DNA of 64,000 nt from Pseudomonadota bacterium (GTDB taxonomy: Bacteria > Pseudomonadota > Gammaproteobacteria > JAKAQQ01). A model generated the notes under the pieces. The model had not been told where the DNA came from and made no database searches. It saw only the letters and a program-made list of their open reading frames with translations. Every line of letters starts with the position of its first letter. Positions within the stretch are counted from its first letter, which is position 1. The stretch is from positions 64,001-128,000 of the forward strand of contig DAHVLZ010000018.1 in assembly GCA_027320085.1 (NCBI GenBank), written 5' to 3'. Made by a program: the position numbers and the translations under genes. Shown here in pieces: positions 40,032 to 49,991 of this stretch.

Positions 40032-42992
40032 CTACTCCAGCCGGTCCAGTTCTTCCAGCTGACGGGCAAGCTCTCCGCAGTGAAGTTCAAGAGCAGCCAG
40101 GCGGACCTGCTCGCTCTCGATCAGGGAGCCGGGTGCCCGGTTGCGAAAGCTGGGATTTTCAAGGCGGGACTGGACCTGGGTCTTCTGCCGGGAAGCATTT
40201 TCGAACTCCTGACGGAGACGGGCGCTTTCGGCCCCGCGATCGATGTGACCGCTCAGGGTGAGCCAGAGCGTGGCGGGGAGGGTCACGACGGTCGCAGATC
40301 CCGGTGGTTTGGGTGATCCGGCCGGCATTTCCTCGCAGGCCTCGAGCCTGGCCAAAAGCCGGATAGAGGCGATTTCGCGCCGGATGATCGCAGCCTCATC
40401 CGCATCATTCGCCGTCATCACAAAAGCGGCCTGGAGTCTTTTTGCATCCGCAATCCGATAGGCCGACCGGGTACGGCGGATCGCCATGATGAGCTCCTGC
40501 AGCCGCAAAACCCCACGCTCGAGTGATGCATCCCGGTCCTCCACGATCGGGGAGGGCGTGGCGGCGGTCAGGATCCGGTCCGGGCCTTCCGGGTGCAGCC
40601 AGGCGAGTCTCCCCCACAACTCCTCGGTAATGAAGGGGATGACGGGGTGCAGCAGGCGCAAGAGCGCGTTGTAGGTTCCCACGAGGGTGGAGCGGGTTTC
40701 GGCGCAGATGGCCTCATCCCCGGATGCGGAAACCAGCAGGTTTTTGGCAACCTCGAGATACCAGTCACAAAACTCGTTCCAGGTGAACTCGTAGAGGTGG
40801 CCCGCGAGTTCGTCGAACCGATAGTTGCCGAGTGCTTCCTCAACAGCCCCGCAGACGGACGCCAGACGGGAACGGATCCAGCGGTTCCAGACATGCGTGG
40901 CCGGCGTGGGGGGGACGGGTTGTCCACACAGCTGTTGGATCAGCCGGCCAGCATTCCAGAGCTTGTTGCAGAAATTGCGGTAACCGGCAACCCGCTTCAA
41001 GTCGAAACGCAAATCGCGCCCGGGTGCGGCAAGAGCGGTAAAGGTAAAACGCAAGGCATCGGTCCCGAAGGCCGGAATGCCCTGCGGGTATTCCTTGCGG
41101 GTTTGGGTCTCGATTTTCCGGGCTTGGTTCGAGAGCAATAGACCCCGGGTTCGTTTTTGGACCAGGGTTTCGAGGCCGATGCCGTCGATCAGGTCGAGTG
41201 GGTCGAGCACGTTGCCCTTGGATTTGGACATTTTCTGTCCTTCGGCATCGCGGACCAAGGCATGGACGTAGACCGTCCGGAACGGGACTTCGCCCATGAC
41301 ATGGAGTCCCATCATCACCATGCGGGCCACCCAGAAAAAAATGATGTCGAAGCCCGTGACCAAAACCTCGGTCGGGTAGAAGGTCTTCAGGGCAGGGTCG
41401 TCTTGTGGCCAGCCCAAGGTGGCAAAGGGCCAGAGCGCTGAGGAAAACCAGGTGTCGAGAACGTCCGGGTCCTGGTGGAGCGGGTGGCTTGGATCCAGTG
41501 CATGGCGACGGCGAACATCGGCTTCGTCGTGGCCGGTGTACCATCGCCCCTGATCGTCACACCAGGCCGGGATCCGGTGACCCCACCAGAGCTGCCGGCT
41601 GATGCACCAGTCCTGGATATTGTGCATCCAGTCAAAAAAGTTCTGAGCCCAGTTTTCCGGGACGAACCGGATCCGCCCGCTTTCCACAGCCCGGATCGCC
41701 GGTTCCGCGAGCGGCCGGGTCTGGACGAACCATTGGCGGGTGAGCATCGGTTCGATGATGGCCCCGGAACGTTCACCGCGGGGGATGGACAGGCGGTGCG
41801 CTTCAGTCTTCTCAACGCGTCCTGCGGCTTCGAGCTCGCGAATCAGCTGCTCACGGGCTTTGAGACGATCGAGTCCCCGGTAGGCCTCGGGAATGAGATG
41901 ACCCCGGCCCAGCTCCGGTGCGTCCCATTCAAGGCCCGGCGGCAGCCAATGCAGCGGTTCTGGCGAGCCGGACTCGCGGGCGGCCCGGGCCGGCTCCGTC
42001 AGGCAGCCACGGGAATCCAGGATGCGGAACAAGGGCAGCGCCTCTTTTTCGTGGAGACGCTCCCAGACGGCAAAATCGTTGAAGTCGTGCGCCGGCGTGA
42101 TCTTGACGCAACCGGTTCCGAAAGCCGGATCGACGAACGCATCGGCAATCACGGGAATCGTCCGCCCGCCGGTGGGCAACCACACCCGTTGCCCCACAAG
42201 GTCGTGGTAGCGTGAATCGTCGGGATGCACGGCCAGGGCCACGTCGCCGAACAGGGTTTCGGGGCGGGTGGTCGCGACCACGACCGCCGCTTGACCCCCG
42301 GTCCGCGGGTAGCGGAGGTACCAAAGCGTGCCCGCCTCCTCTTCGGCGCGGACCTCGAGGTCGGAGAGCGCTGTCTCCAGCTGGGGATCCCAGTTGACGA
42401 GACGCAATCCCCGGTAAATCAGGCCCTCTTCATGGAGCCGGATGAACACTTCGGACACGGCCCGGCTCATGGCGGGATCCAGCGTGAACCGTTCCCGGGA
42501 CCAGTCTGCCGAACAACCGAGCCGTTTCATCTGGTTGAGGATCATTCCACCGGAAGCCTCCTTCCAGGCCCAGACCCGCTCGAGGAAGGCTGTCCGTCCG
42601 AGGGTTATCCGGTTCAATCCCTCCCTCTCCAGTTCCCGTTCGACGACCATCTGCGTGGCGATGCCGGCATGATCGGTTCCGGTCTGCCAGAGCGCGCAGT
42701 CACCGTTCATGCGGGCCCTTCGGATCAGGATGTCCATGAGGGTGTCCTGGAAGGCGTGGCCCATGTGCAGCGTGCCGGTCACGTTGGGCGGAGGGAGCAG
42801 GATGCAGTAGGGGGTTCCCTGCCCGGAGGGTTTGAAGCCATCCCCTTCAAGCCACAGGGCGTAGAGCCGCTTTTCCACCTCGTGGGGCTCGTAGGCCTTG
42901 GGCAAGGGAAGAATCGAGGCGTCTCGGATCGTCCGTTCTCCCCCTCCCGTGTCGTGATCGGCTGTCGGTTCAGGCGGTCGTGGTCGGCTCAT
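40032..42992 (-). CDS. valS: Valine--tRNA ligase
   Basis: PPPNVTGTLHMGH, DHAGIATQ, TTRPET, KITPAHDFND, DWCISRQLWWGH and KMSKS. Confidence 0.98.
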   Translation of the reverse strand: MSRPRPPEPTADHDTGGGERTIRDASILPLPKAYEPHEVEKRLYALWLEGDGFKPSGQGTPYCILLPPPNVTGTLHMGHAFQDTLMDILIRRARMNGDCALWQTGTDHAGIATQMVVERELEREGLNRITLGRTAFLERVWAWKEASGGMILNQMKRLGCSADWSRERFTLDPAMSRAVSEVFIRLHEEGLIYRGLRLVNWDPQLETALSDLEVRAEEEAGTLWYLRYPRTGGQAAVVVATTRPETLFGDVALAVHPDDSRYHDLVGQRVWLPTGGRTIPVIADAFVDPAFGTGCVKITPAHDFNDFAVWERLHEKEALPLFRILDSRGCLTEPARAARESGSPEPLHWLPPGLEWDAPELGRGHLIPEAYRGLDRLKAREQLIRELEAAGRVEKTEAHRLSIPRGERSGAIIEPMLTRQWFVQTRPLAEPAIRAVESGRIRFVPENWAQNFFDWMHNIQDWCISRQLWWGHRIPAWCDDQGRWYTGHDEADVRRRHALDPSHPLHQDPDVLDTWFSSALWPFATLGWPQDDPALKTFYPTEVLVTGFDIIFFWVARMVMMGLHVMGEVPFRTVYVHALVRDAEGQKMSKSKGNVLDPLDLIDGIGLETLVQKRTRGLLLSNQARKIETQTRKEYPQGIPAFGTDALRFTFTALAAPGRDLRFDLKRVAGYRNFCNKLWNAGRLIQQLCGQPVPPTPATHVWNRWIRSRLASVCGAVEEALGNYRFDELAGHLYEFTWNEFCDWYLEVAKNLLVSASGDEAICAETRSTLVGTYNALLRLLHPVIPFITEELWGRLAWLHPEGPDRILTAATPSPIVEDRDASLERGVLRLQELIMAIRRTRSAYRIADAKRLQAAFVMTANDADEAAIIRREIASIRLLARLEACEEMPAGSPKPPGSATVVTLPATLWLTLSGHIDRGAESARLRQEFENASRQKTQVQSRLENPSFRNRAPGSLIESEQVRLAALELHCGELARQLEELDRLE

Positions 42993-43006
42993 CCTCCAAA
43001 AGCTCC

Positions 43007-44527
43007 TTATTCTGGAAGTTTCATGTTCCCGGGCAGCGGCGGGTCGGATTCCGCCGAGGATCCGGTTCCCGCCCGTTCATGGGCGGAGGATAGACGGTTG
43101 AGGAGGGGAACCAGCGCAGTGGACAAGATGGCGATGATCAACGCCGCGAGTCCGAGCATCATGAAGAGGTGCACGTAGATGGGCAGGGTCGTGACCGGAT
43201 TGTGGAGGTTCTTGGGCACAGCGGCCAGGTTGGCCACCGCGCTCCCCAGATACTCGGAGGCGCCGACGCCGAGAAACCACGCCCCCATCATGAATCCGCG
43301 CATCCGTTGAGGCACCAGCCGCGACACCATGGCCAGGCCGAGTCCGCTGATCAGGAGTTCGCCCAGGGACTGGAGACCGTAACCTGCGACCATCCATCCG
43401 GCCGAGATCCGGCCCAGGACCGCGAAATGGCCGCTCAGGGCATAGACGTAAAAAGCAGCGCTGACCAGGTACATGCCCAGGGCAAACTTGGTCGAGATCG
43501 TGAGATCCGAACCCCGGCGCCCGAAATAGTTGTACATCCAAGCCAGAATCGGGGAGGCGATCACGATCCAGAGCGGGTCGAGCACCTGGAATTGGGCCGG
43601 CTGGATCGGAATGCCCAGCCAGTGGTGCTCGACGTTGCGCAGGGCAAAGAGGGTGAGCGATGTGGACATCTGCTGGTAGAAAACAAAGAAAGCGATGGTC
43701 TCGAGTGTCAACACAAGGCAGACGATGATCCCATTCCGTTCGCGAAGCGATCCCCGAAAAATCATGTAGAAGAACAGGCTGATGACCAGGAGACCCGTGA
43801 TTGCAACCAGCACCGTCGCCACAATGGTGTGCTGGATCACGTAGGCCATGAGAAACACAGTGGCCAGACTGCCACCTCCGACCATTGCGGTTTTCCCCCA
43901 GTGAAGGGGACGGCTATCCGGTGCGGATCCCACCCGTCCGAGGAACTTGCGCATCACGGCATAGTTGGCGAGACCCAGGGCCAGGCCGATCCAGCACAGC
44001 ATGAAGGCCATATGCCATCCATAGAGGGCCGCAATGATGGGTGTGAGGAACATGGAAATCAGCGAACCGATATTGACAGCGAGGTAATACAACGTGAAGG
44101 CACTGTCAATCCGCGAGGGCTCTCCGTGGTAGAGCTGTCCGATCAGGTTGCTGGGATTGGCCTTGAACAGTCCGTTACCGACCGCGATCACGGCCAGCGA
44201 CAGGTAAAGCAGGCCGGCAACCGGGAGGGAAAGCAGAAAATAGCCGCCCAGCAAGGTCGCCGCGCCGATTACCATCGTGCGCCGTGACCCGAGAACAGAA
44301 TCCCCGATCCAGCCGCCCAGGCAGGGGAGGGCATAGACGATGGCGGAAAAGGCCCCCCAACGGAGGTTGGCGGAGGCATCGCCCATGTGCATCCGCTGCA
44401 CGAGGAAAAGCACGAGCAGCGCGGCCATCCCGTAATAGCCGAACCGTTCCCACATCTCAATGAAGAAGATGGCGGTGAAGGAGCGTGACCGGTGTACCGG
44501 TGGGTTACCCTCAGGGATCCGTGACAT
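43007..44527 (-). CDS. Proton-dependent oligopeptide transporter (POT/DtpA-like)
   Basis: EMWERFGYYGM (ExxERFxYY), GNGLFKAN, AFTLYYLAVNIGS and GELLISGLGL. Confidence 0.93.
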   Translation of the reverse strand: MSRIPEGNPPVHRSRSFTAIFFIEMWERFGYYGMAALLVLFLVQRMHMGDASANLRWGAFSAIVYALPCLGGWIGDSVLGSRRTMVIGAATLLGGYFLLSLPVAGLLYLSLAVIAVGNGLFKANPSNLIGQLYHGEPSRIDSAFTLYYLAVNIGSLISMFLTPIIAALYGWHMAFMLCWIGLALGLANYAVMRKFLGRVGSAPDSRPLHWGKTAMVGGGSLATVFLMAYVIQHTIVATVLVAITGLLVISLFFYMIFRGSLRERNGIIVCLVLTLETIAFFVFYQQMSTSLTLFALRNVEHHWLGIPIQPAQFQVLDPLWIVIASPILAWMYNYFGRRGSDLTISTKFALGMYLVSAAFYVYALSGHFAVLGRISAGWMVAGYGLQSLGELLISGLGLAMVSRLVPQRMRGFMMGAWFLGVGASEYLGSAVANLAAVPKNLHNPVTTLPIYVHLFMMLGLAALIIAILSTALVPLLNRLSSAHERAGTGSSAESDPPLPGNMKLPE

Positions 44528-44552
44528 GATTAAACTCCAACAAGAAGATCGG

Positions 44553-44990
44553 CTATTCTGCCGGTTTTGAGTCGTGCTCGTGAAATTCGAATCCGGCCTT
44601 CCGGTAGGCGGCTTCCCGTTCCTGGCTGGCCGCACTCTGACGCCGGGCCGGGGTCACAATTTCAGCAATCCGGTCATATCGCGCCCATTCGGGGGCGGGA
44701 TGGTCAGGCTCGACCCGGACCAACAGGGGATAGTGCTCCGGATCCCCCTCTCCCAGGCTGATCCAGACCGGGGCCCGCGGGTTGTGTTCTCGTCCGTGGG
44801 GAATGAAACTACGGTCCCGGAAGGTCCAGAGCAGTTGATCGAATGCTTCGGCCTCGGCCACATCCCGCACCTGGAGCACCAGGCGGTAGCCTTGCCGGAC
44901 TGCCTTTTCGACCAGTCGGCAGACGAAACGGTTTCGGACGGCCGGCTCTTCCGGTCGGCTTTCCAGATAGTAGCGATCTACTCGGGGCAT
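44553..44990 (-). CDS. holC: DNA polymerase III chi subunit
   Basis: CRLVEKA, DQLLWTF...SFIPH and YRKAG. pepA-holC-valS synteny. Confidence 0.9.
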   Translation of the reverse strand: MPRVDRYYLESRPEEPAVRNRFVCRLVEKAVRQGYRLVLQVRDVAEAEAFDQLLWTFRDRSFIPHGREHNPRAPVWISLGEGDPEHYPLLVRVEPDHPAPEWARYDRIAEIVTPARRQSAASQEREAAYRKAGFEFHEHDSKPAE

Positions 44991-46523
44991 TCAGTCAGCC
45001 GCACGGGCCTGATCCAGGAGATACTGGGCGAACAGGGGAACCGGACGACCGGTGGCCCCTTTCTGGGCACCGGTTTTCCAGGCCGTTCCAGCAATGTCAA
45101 GATGGATCCAGGGCACTTCGTGGACAAAGCGCCAGAGGAAGCAGGCCGCCGTGATGGCCCCGGCATCCCGCCCGCCGATATTCGCAAAATCGGCGAAGTT
45201 ACTGGAGAGGGCGTCCTGGTAGTCGTCCCAGAGCGGCATGCGCCAGACGGGATCCACCGCGTTCTCTGCGGCTTTTTCAAAATCCCGGGCCAGACCCTCA
45301 TGATTCGAGAAAAGGCCACTCGGATGATGGCCCAAGGCAACCACGCAGGCTCCGGTCAGGGTTGCGGCATCGAGGAGGATGCGGGGCTTGTAGTTCCTCT
45401 GTACATAGGTCATGGCATCACAGAGGACGAGGCGGCCTTCTGCATCGGTGTTCAGGATTTCAATGGTCTGACCGGAAAGGGAACGGACGATGTCTCCCGG
45501 TTTGACTGCCCGTCCTCCCGGCATATTTTCAGCCGCGGCAATCACCCCGACCACAGAAAGAGGCAGATTGAGCAGAGAAACGGTCTGGAGCGTGCCCAGC
45601 ACCGAGGCCGCCCCACACATGTCGAACTTCATCTCGTCCATGGCGGCTGCCGGTTTGATGGAGATGCCGCCGGAATCGAACGTGATGCCCTTGCCGACGA
45701 GGGCGACCGGTGCCTGACCGGCACGGCCGCCCCGGTATTCGAGCACGATGAGACGGGGAGGCTCCGCGCTGCCCTGGGCCACGGCCAGCAGGGCATTCAT
45801 TCCGAGCGATTCCATTTCCTTCTCCGTGAGGATCCGGATCCGGAAACGGGAGTTTTGTGCGGCCAGCTTGCGGGCCTCGGCGGCGAGATGGCGGGGAGTG
45901 GCCAGGTTGGGCGGACGATTGCCCAAATCGCGGCAAAGCCTCACGCCTTGAGCGATGGCTTGGCCGTCCCGGATCGCCTGGCGGATGCTTCCATCCGGTC
46001 CCGCATCGGGGCCGAGGCACAGGTGGACCTTTTCGAGGCGTGGCGGGACGGCTCGGTTTCCTCCGGTGCCGCGGCACTCGATGAAACGGTAGAGCGCATC
46101 ATGCGTGGCCTCGACTGCCTGGCGAATCTGCCAGGTGGCAGGCATGCCCTCCAGGGGAAGGGCGGTGAGTGTGTTGACGACACTGTGATTCCCGGCCCGG
46201 ACCAGCCGCTCCATGACCGAGCCCAGAATTCCCCGGAACCGTCTCCGGGTGAGTTTCCCCGGTTTGCCGAGACCGACGAAGAGCACTTCCTGTACCCGGC
46301 TCCCGGCTGGAGCATATCCCGAGAGTATCTGACCCGGCCGGGCTTCAAATCCTCGGCTCTTGAGCCATTCCTGAACAGGCCGGTTGAGGAGTCGATCGAG
46401 ATTCCCGAGCACTCCGGTCAGGCGAAGATCCGTATGAAGACCAACCACCAAAGTGTCCGCCATCACGGTTTCCGGATTTTTTCGAATCGTCGTAAACTGT
46501 ACCGAAGTGCTGCGTTGAGGCAT
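44991..46523 (-). CDS. pepA: Leucyl aminopeptidase (M17)
   Basis: VGKGITFDSGGISIK, MKFDMCG, NTDAEGRL, TLTGAC and HLDIAG. Start uncertain. Confidence 0.96.
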   Translation of the reverse strand: MPQRSTSVQFTTIRKNPETVMADTLVVGLHTDLRLTGVLGNLDRLLNRPVQEWLKSRGFEARPGQILSGYAPAGSRVQEVLFVGLGKPGKLTRRRFRGILGSVMERLVRAGNHSVVNTLTALPLEGMPATWQIRQAVEATHDALYRFIECRGTGGNRAVPPRLEKVHLCLGPDAGPDGSIRQAIRDGQAIAQGVRLCRDLGNRPPNLATPRHLAAEARKLAAQNSRFRIRILTEKEMESLGMNALLAVAQGSAEPPRLIVLEYRGGRAGQAPVALVGKGITFDSGGISIKPAAAMDEMKFDMCGAASVLGTLQTVSLLNLPLSVVGVIAAAENMPGGRAVKPGDIVRSLSGQTIEILNTDAEGRLVLCDAMTYVQRNYKPRILLDAATLTGACVVALGHHPSGLFSNHEGLARDFEKAAENAVDPVWRMPLWDDYQDALSSNFADFANIGGRDAGAITAACFLWRFVHEVPWIHLDIAGTAWKTGAQKGATGRPVPLFAQYLLDQARAAD

Positions 46524-46635
46524 TGGCAAGGCTCCCATGGCCAGAGGTGAAGTCCGTTGCAGGGGCAACGGCAAGTGAATAGTCTACCCGATCGGATGTT
46601 CTGCATCCGCCCTCCGGCCGCTTCCGGATAGGATC

Positions 46636-47736
46636 GTGTCCCGCGTTCTAAACCGTTATCTGTTCCGGGAGACCCTGGGGACCGCACTCATGGTGCTCTC
46701 GGTGTTGCTCCTGATTCTTGTGGCCAGTCGTTTCTCGAACTACATCGGACAGGCTGCCTCTGGCCTCCTGCCCAAACAACTGGTCTTTCAGATGCTCGGG
46801 CTCAACGTATTGGGATACCTGTCGGTTCTTGTGCCCGGATCGGTTTTCCTGTCGGTCCTTTTGACCTTGGGGCGACTGTATCGCGACAACGAGATGTCGG
46901 CGATTTCGGCCTGCGGCATCAGCCCGCTCCAGATGTACCGTGCCCTTTTTGCCTTGGGCCTGCTCTTTGCCCTGGGAACGGCCATCCTGTCCTTCTGGAT
47001 TGCCCCATGGGCTGTCCGCCAGTCCGTGGCCTTGCGGGACCAGAGCACCGAGATCACCCGTTATGGCCTGTTCCAGGCCGGGCAGTTTCATCAGATTCCA
47101 AGCCTCGGGGCCACTTTTTATGCGGGCCGGACGAGTCCGCATGGACGCCGGGTCTACGATGTCCTGATTGAATCCCAGAAAAGGGGACGGGTCGACATCG
47201 TGACGGCTCATCGTGGGGTGTTCATCCCGGCGCCGTACCGGGGAGGAAGCCGGACCCTTATCCTCGAGCAGGGTTACCGTTACGAGGGACATCTTGATTC
47301 CGCCCGTTTCGACCGCATCCGCTTTCGCGAGTACGGGGTCAACCTGAGGCTCGTCCCGGATCATGAACCCACCCGCTATTCGGAATCCGGCCGGAGAACC
47401 GGAGCCCTGTGGGCGGATCCCACTCCGCGTAACCTGGCCCAGCTGCAATGGCGCTTCAGTGCACCGCTCAGTGTCTTGATCCTGATCTTCCTGGCGCTGC
47501 CCCTTGCCCGCACCGCCCCTCGCGAGGGGCGAGCCCTCAAGATTTTCATGGGCATCCTCCTCTACCTCCTGTATTCGAACCTGATGGGAATCGGAAAGGT
47601 CTGGGTCGCGCACCAGATCGTTTCCCCGGTGCTCGGCCTCTGGTGGGTGCATGGCCTCTTTGTCCTGATCGGTGGCATTCTCCTCGCCCGCCTGTATGAA
47701 ATCCGGCTCCTGCCGAGTTTCGGAAGACCTTCATGA
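46636..47736 (+). CDS. lptF: LPS export ABC permease LptF
   Basis: RYLFRE, LGRLYRDNEM, LEQGYRYEG and AQLQWRFS. Divergent from pepA. Confidence 0.93.
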   Translation: MSRVLNRYLFRETLGTALMVLSVLLLILVASRFSNYIGQAASGLLPKQLVFQMLGLNVLGYLSVLVPGSVFLSVLLTLGRLYRDNEMSAISACGISPLQMYRALFALGLLFALGTAILSFWIAPWAVRQSVALRDQSTEITRYGLFQAGQFHQIPSLGATFYAGRTSPHGRRVYDVLIESQKRGRVDIVTAHRGVFIPAPYRGGSRTLILEQGYRYEGHLDSARFDRIRFREYGVNLRLVPDHEPTRYSESGRRTGALWADPTPRNLAQLQWRFSAPLSVLILIFLALPLARTAPREGRALKIFMGILLYLLYSNLMGIGKVWVAHQIVSPVLGLWWVHGLFVLIGGILLARLYEIRLLPSFGRPS

Positions 47737-48797
47737 ACCTGGTCGACCGCTACCTCGCACGCAACGTCATCACCGGGACTTTCCTCGCGATTGTGATCCT
47801 GACGGTCATCTCGGGTTTCCTCACTTTTGTGAGTCAACTACACAATGTCGGGATCCAGAACTACACGATCGGGACCGCGTTGCTTTATACCAGTTCGACT
47901 CTCCCCGAATGGATCAGTGACATTTTCCCGGCCGGTACGTTGATCGGTTCCCTGATGGCTCTGGGCGCCCTGGCCCATGCCAATGAACTGCTGGTGTTCC
48001 GGGCAACCGGTGCTTCCCTGATCCGCCTGGCCCGTTCCCTTGCACTGGCGGCGCTGGTCCTGGTCTTGGTTTTTGTGGTTCTCGCGGAGTTTATCGCCCC
48101 GCCCACCAAGCGTTACGCGGAAAGTGAAAGGGCGCTCGCCCTCTACCACCAGACCGCCCTCCTGGGTCCTTTTGGGCTCTGGGCTCGCGACGGGAGGCTC
48201 GTGGTCAATGTCGCCCGGATGGGGAGACATCATCAGTTCGAAGGCATCCATATCTTTCGCCTGGAGCCCCATCACCGGCTGGCTGCTGTGGGTTACGCCC
48301 GCAAGGCCTTGTATCGTCACCACCACTGGATTCTCGAGGACCTCAATGAAACGGAGTTTGCGGGCCGGCATCTCGTGGTCCGTCACGTTCCCCGGTCGAC
48401 CTGGCCCAAACTGTTAAGTCCGGATCTTTTCAAGGTGCTGATCGTGAATCCCGGCAACCTGTCGGGCGTGGGTCTCTGGCGATATATCCGCTACCTGCAC
48501 CACAACCATCTCAGTGCCGAACATTACGAGATCGCCTTCTGGAAAAAGATCGCCGACTTTCTTTCCATTCCCATCATGGTCTGCTTTTCACTACCTTTCC
48601 TGTTCGGATCCACCCGGACCCGGGGCGCCAGTTACCGGCTTTTTATCGGCGTGGGAGCCGGGTTGCTCTACTACTTCCTCGACAATGTGGCCGTCAGCAT
48701 GGGGGATGCCTTCCGCTGGCCACCGTTTTTGGTGGCGTTTGGCCCGTTGATCCTTTTCAGTGGACTTACTGCTATACTCATTCACCAGACGACCTGA
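47733..48797 (+). CDS. lptG: LPS export ABC permease LptG
   Basis: VDRYL, LGALAHANELLVFRATG, GLWARDG and YEIAFWKK. Confidence 0.93.
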   Translation: MNLVDRYLARNVITGTFLAIVILTVISGFLTFVSQLHNVGIQNYTIGTALLYTSSTLPEWISDIFPAGTLIGSLMALGALAHANELLVFRATGASLIRLARSLALAALVLVLVFVVLAEFIAPPTKRYAESERALALYHQTALLGPFGLWARDGRLVVNVARMGRHHQFEGIHIFRLEPHHRLAAVGYARKALYRHHHWILEDLNETEFAGRHLVVRHVPRSTWPKLLSPDLFKVLIVNPGNLSGVGLWRYIRYLHHNHLSAEHYEIAFWKKIADFLSIPIMVCFSLPFLFGSTRTRGASYRLFIGVGAGLLYYFLDNVAVSMGDAFRWPPFLVAFGPLILFSGLTAILIHQTT

Positions 48798-48818
48798 ATC
48801 TGAGCTTATTTCTTCACC

Positions 48819-49385
48819 GTGCCCCTGCGCAATGACTCGGACAACTGGGGGGGAGTGGCCAAGACCTTGCACTGGTCGGTGGCGGGACTGATTTTCGCGC
48901 AACTGGCGCTCGGATGGATGGCGGTCGCCTGGCCGCTCACCCCAACCAAGTTGTACCTCTTCATCTGGCACAAGTCCCTGGGCTTGGTCATCCTGTTCCT
49001 GGTCCTGATCCGGCTGGCCTGGCGTTTCTCCGGACCCCGGCCGAAGTTTCCCGCTTCTACGACGGTCTGGCAGAGGCGGAGCGCGGAGACCGTTCATGGA
49101 TTGCTCTATGCGATCCTGGTCCTCCTGCCGATCACGGGATGGCTTTTCAACTCGGCACTTGGCGTGCCGTTCCGCTTTCTGGGCTGGTTTCGCTGGCCCG
49201 CCCTGATTCCGCCCGATCGGGCCCAGGCCCGGCTTTTGCTCGACCTCCATGTCTTCCTCGGATTGTGTCTCGTGGTTTTGCTGTCCCTGCATGTTCTGGC
49301 TGCCCTCTGGCACCATCGGGTCCGCCACGATTCGACCCTGAAGCGGATGCTGCCCGGCGTCCGGGTACCGCCAGCGGAATCATGA
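48819..49385 (+). CDS. Cytochrome b561 (YceJ/CybB family)
   Basis: His ligands in LHWSVA, WHKSLG, LHVFLG and LHVLAALWH. Confidence 0.92.
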   Translation: MPLRNDSDNWGGVAKTLHWSVAGLIFAQLALGWMAVAWPLTPTKLYLFIWHKSLGLVILFLVLIRLAWRFSGPRPKFPASTTVWQRRSAETVHGLLYAILVLLPITGWLFNSALGVPFRFLGWFRWPALIPPDRAQARLLLDLHVFLGLCLVVLLSLHVLAALWHHRVRHDSTLKRMLPGVRVPPAES

Positions 49386-49966
49386 TTCCGGGTTGGCGCC
49401 GCGCTTTTTGGGCCGCTTTCGGAATCGCGGCTGGGTGGATGCTCGGCCCACCCGGGGCAGGGGCTGCCGTTTTCTGGCACAACGCCCAATCCCCATCCCG
49501 ACTGGTTTTTTTCGTCCATTGGGAATCGAGCACTATTCGGGGCCGTTTCCCCGCATTTCACTGTCTCTTGGAGACCACGCCGTCCGGGCAACCCCGCCTC
49601 CTCAAGGTGGTGATCTCGACGCGATTGGTTCATTTCCAAAGCTCGCTTCTGGAAGGCCCGGCCCGGAGTGCAACCTGGTTCGACATCCGAACCTACCCGC
49701 AGGCCGTTTTTTCAAGCCGCAAGTTCCGGCAGCGGGGCCCGGGCAAGTACCAGGCCACCGGCAACCTCCTGCTCAAGGGGATCCACCACCCGGTCCGCAT
49801 CCGATTTACCCTGCAAACCCTAAAACCCGGTGTTCTCCTCCTGATCGGAACCGGGCGGGTCCGTCGCCAGGATTTCGGCATTGGCAGTGGGACATGGCAA
49901 AAGAGTTCGGTGATCGGAAGCCAGGTCATCCTTCACTTCCGTGTTGGGTTCATTCCCGGGCCGTGA
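49382..49966 (+). CDS. YceI family polyisoprenoid-binding protein
   Basis: Signal peptide, GRF, WFD...YPQAVF, GNLLLKG and RQDFGIG. Overlaps the cytochrome b561 stop (ATGA). Confidence 0.88.
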   Translation: MIPGWRRAFWAAFGIAAGWMLGPPGAGAAVFWHNAQSPSRLVFFVHWESSTIRGRFPAFHCLLETTPSGQPRLLKVVISTRLVHFQSSLLEGPARSATWFDIRTYPQAVFSSRKFRQRGPGKYQATGNLLLKGIHHPVRIRFTLQTLKPGVLLLIGTGRVRRQDFGIGSGTWQKSSVIGSQVILHFRVGFIPGP

Positions 49967-49991
49967 GCCCCCACGCACGCGGGAATCTCTC

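Noticed and set aside
41890-42000. Extra segment in ValS (EPARAARESGSPEPLHWLPPGLEWDAPELGRGHL)
   Set aside because: It falls in a region known to vary in length among gammaproteobacterial ValS proteins and has no intein motifs.
44574-46550. Long antisense or alternative-frame ORFs (e.g. 658 aa here; also 25391..26779, 31144..32628, 56830..57999)
   Set aside because: These are shadows of real genes on the opposite strand, expected in high-GC DNA, and have no recognisable motifs.
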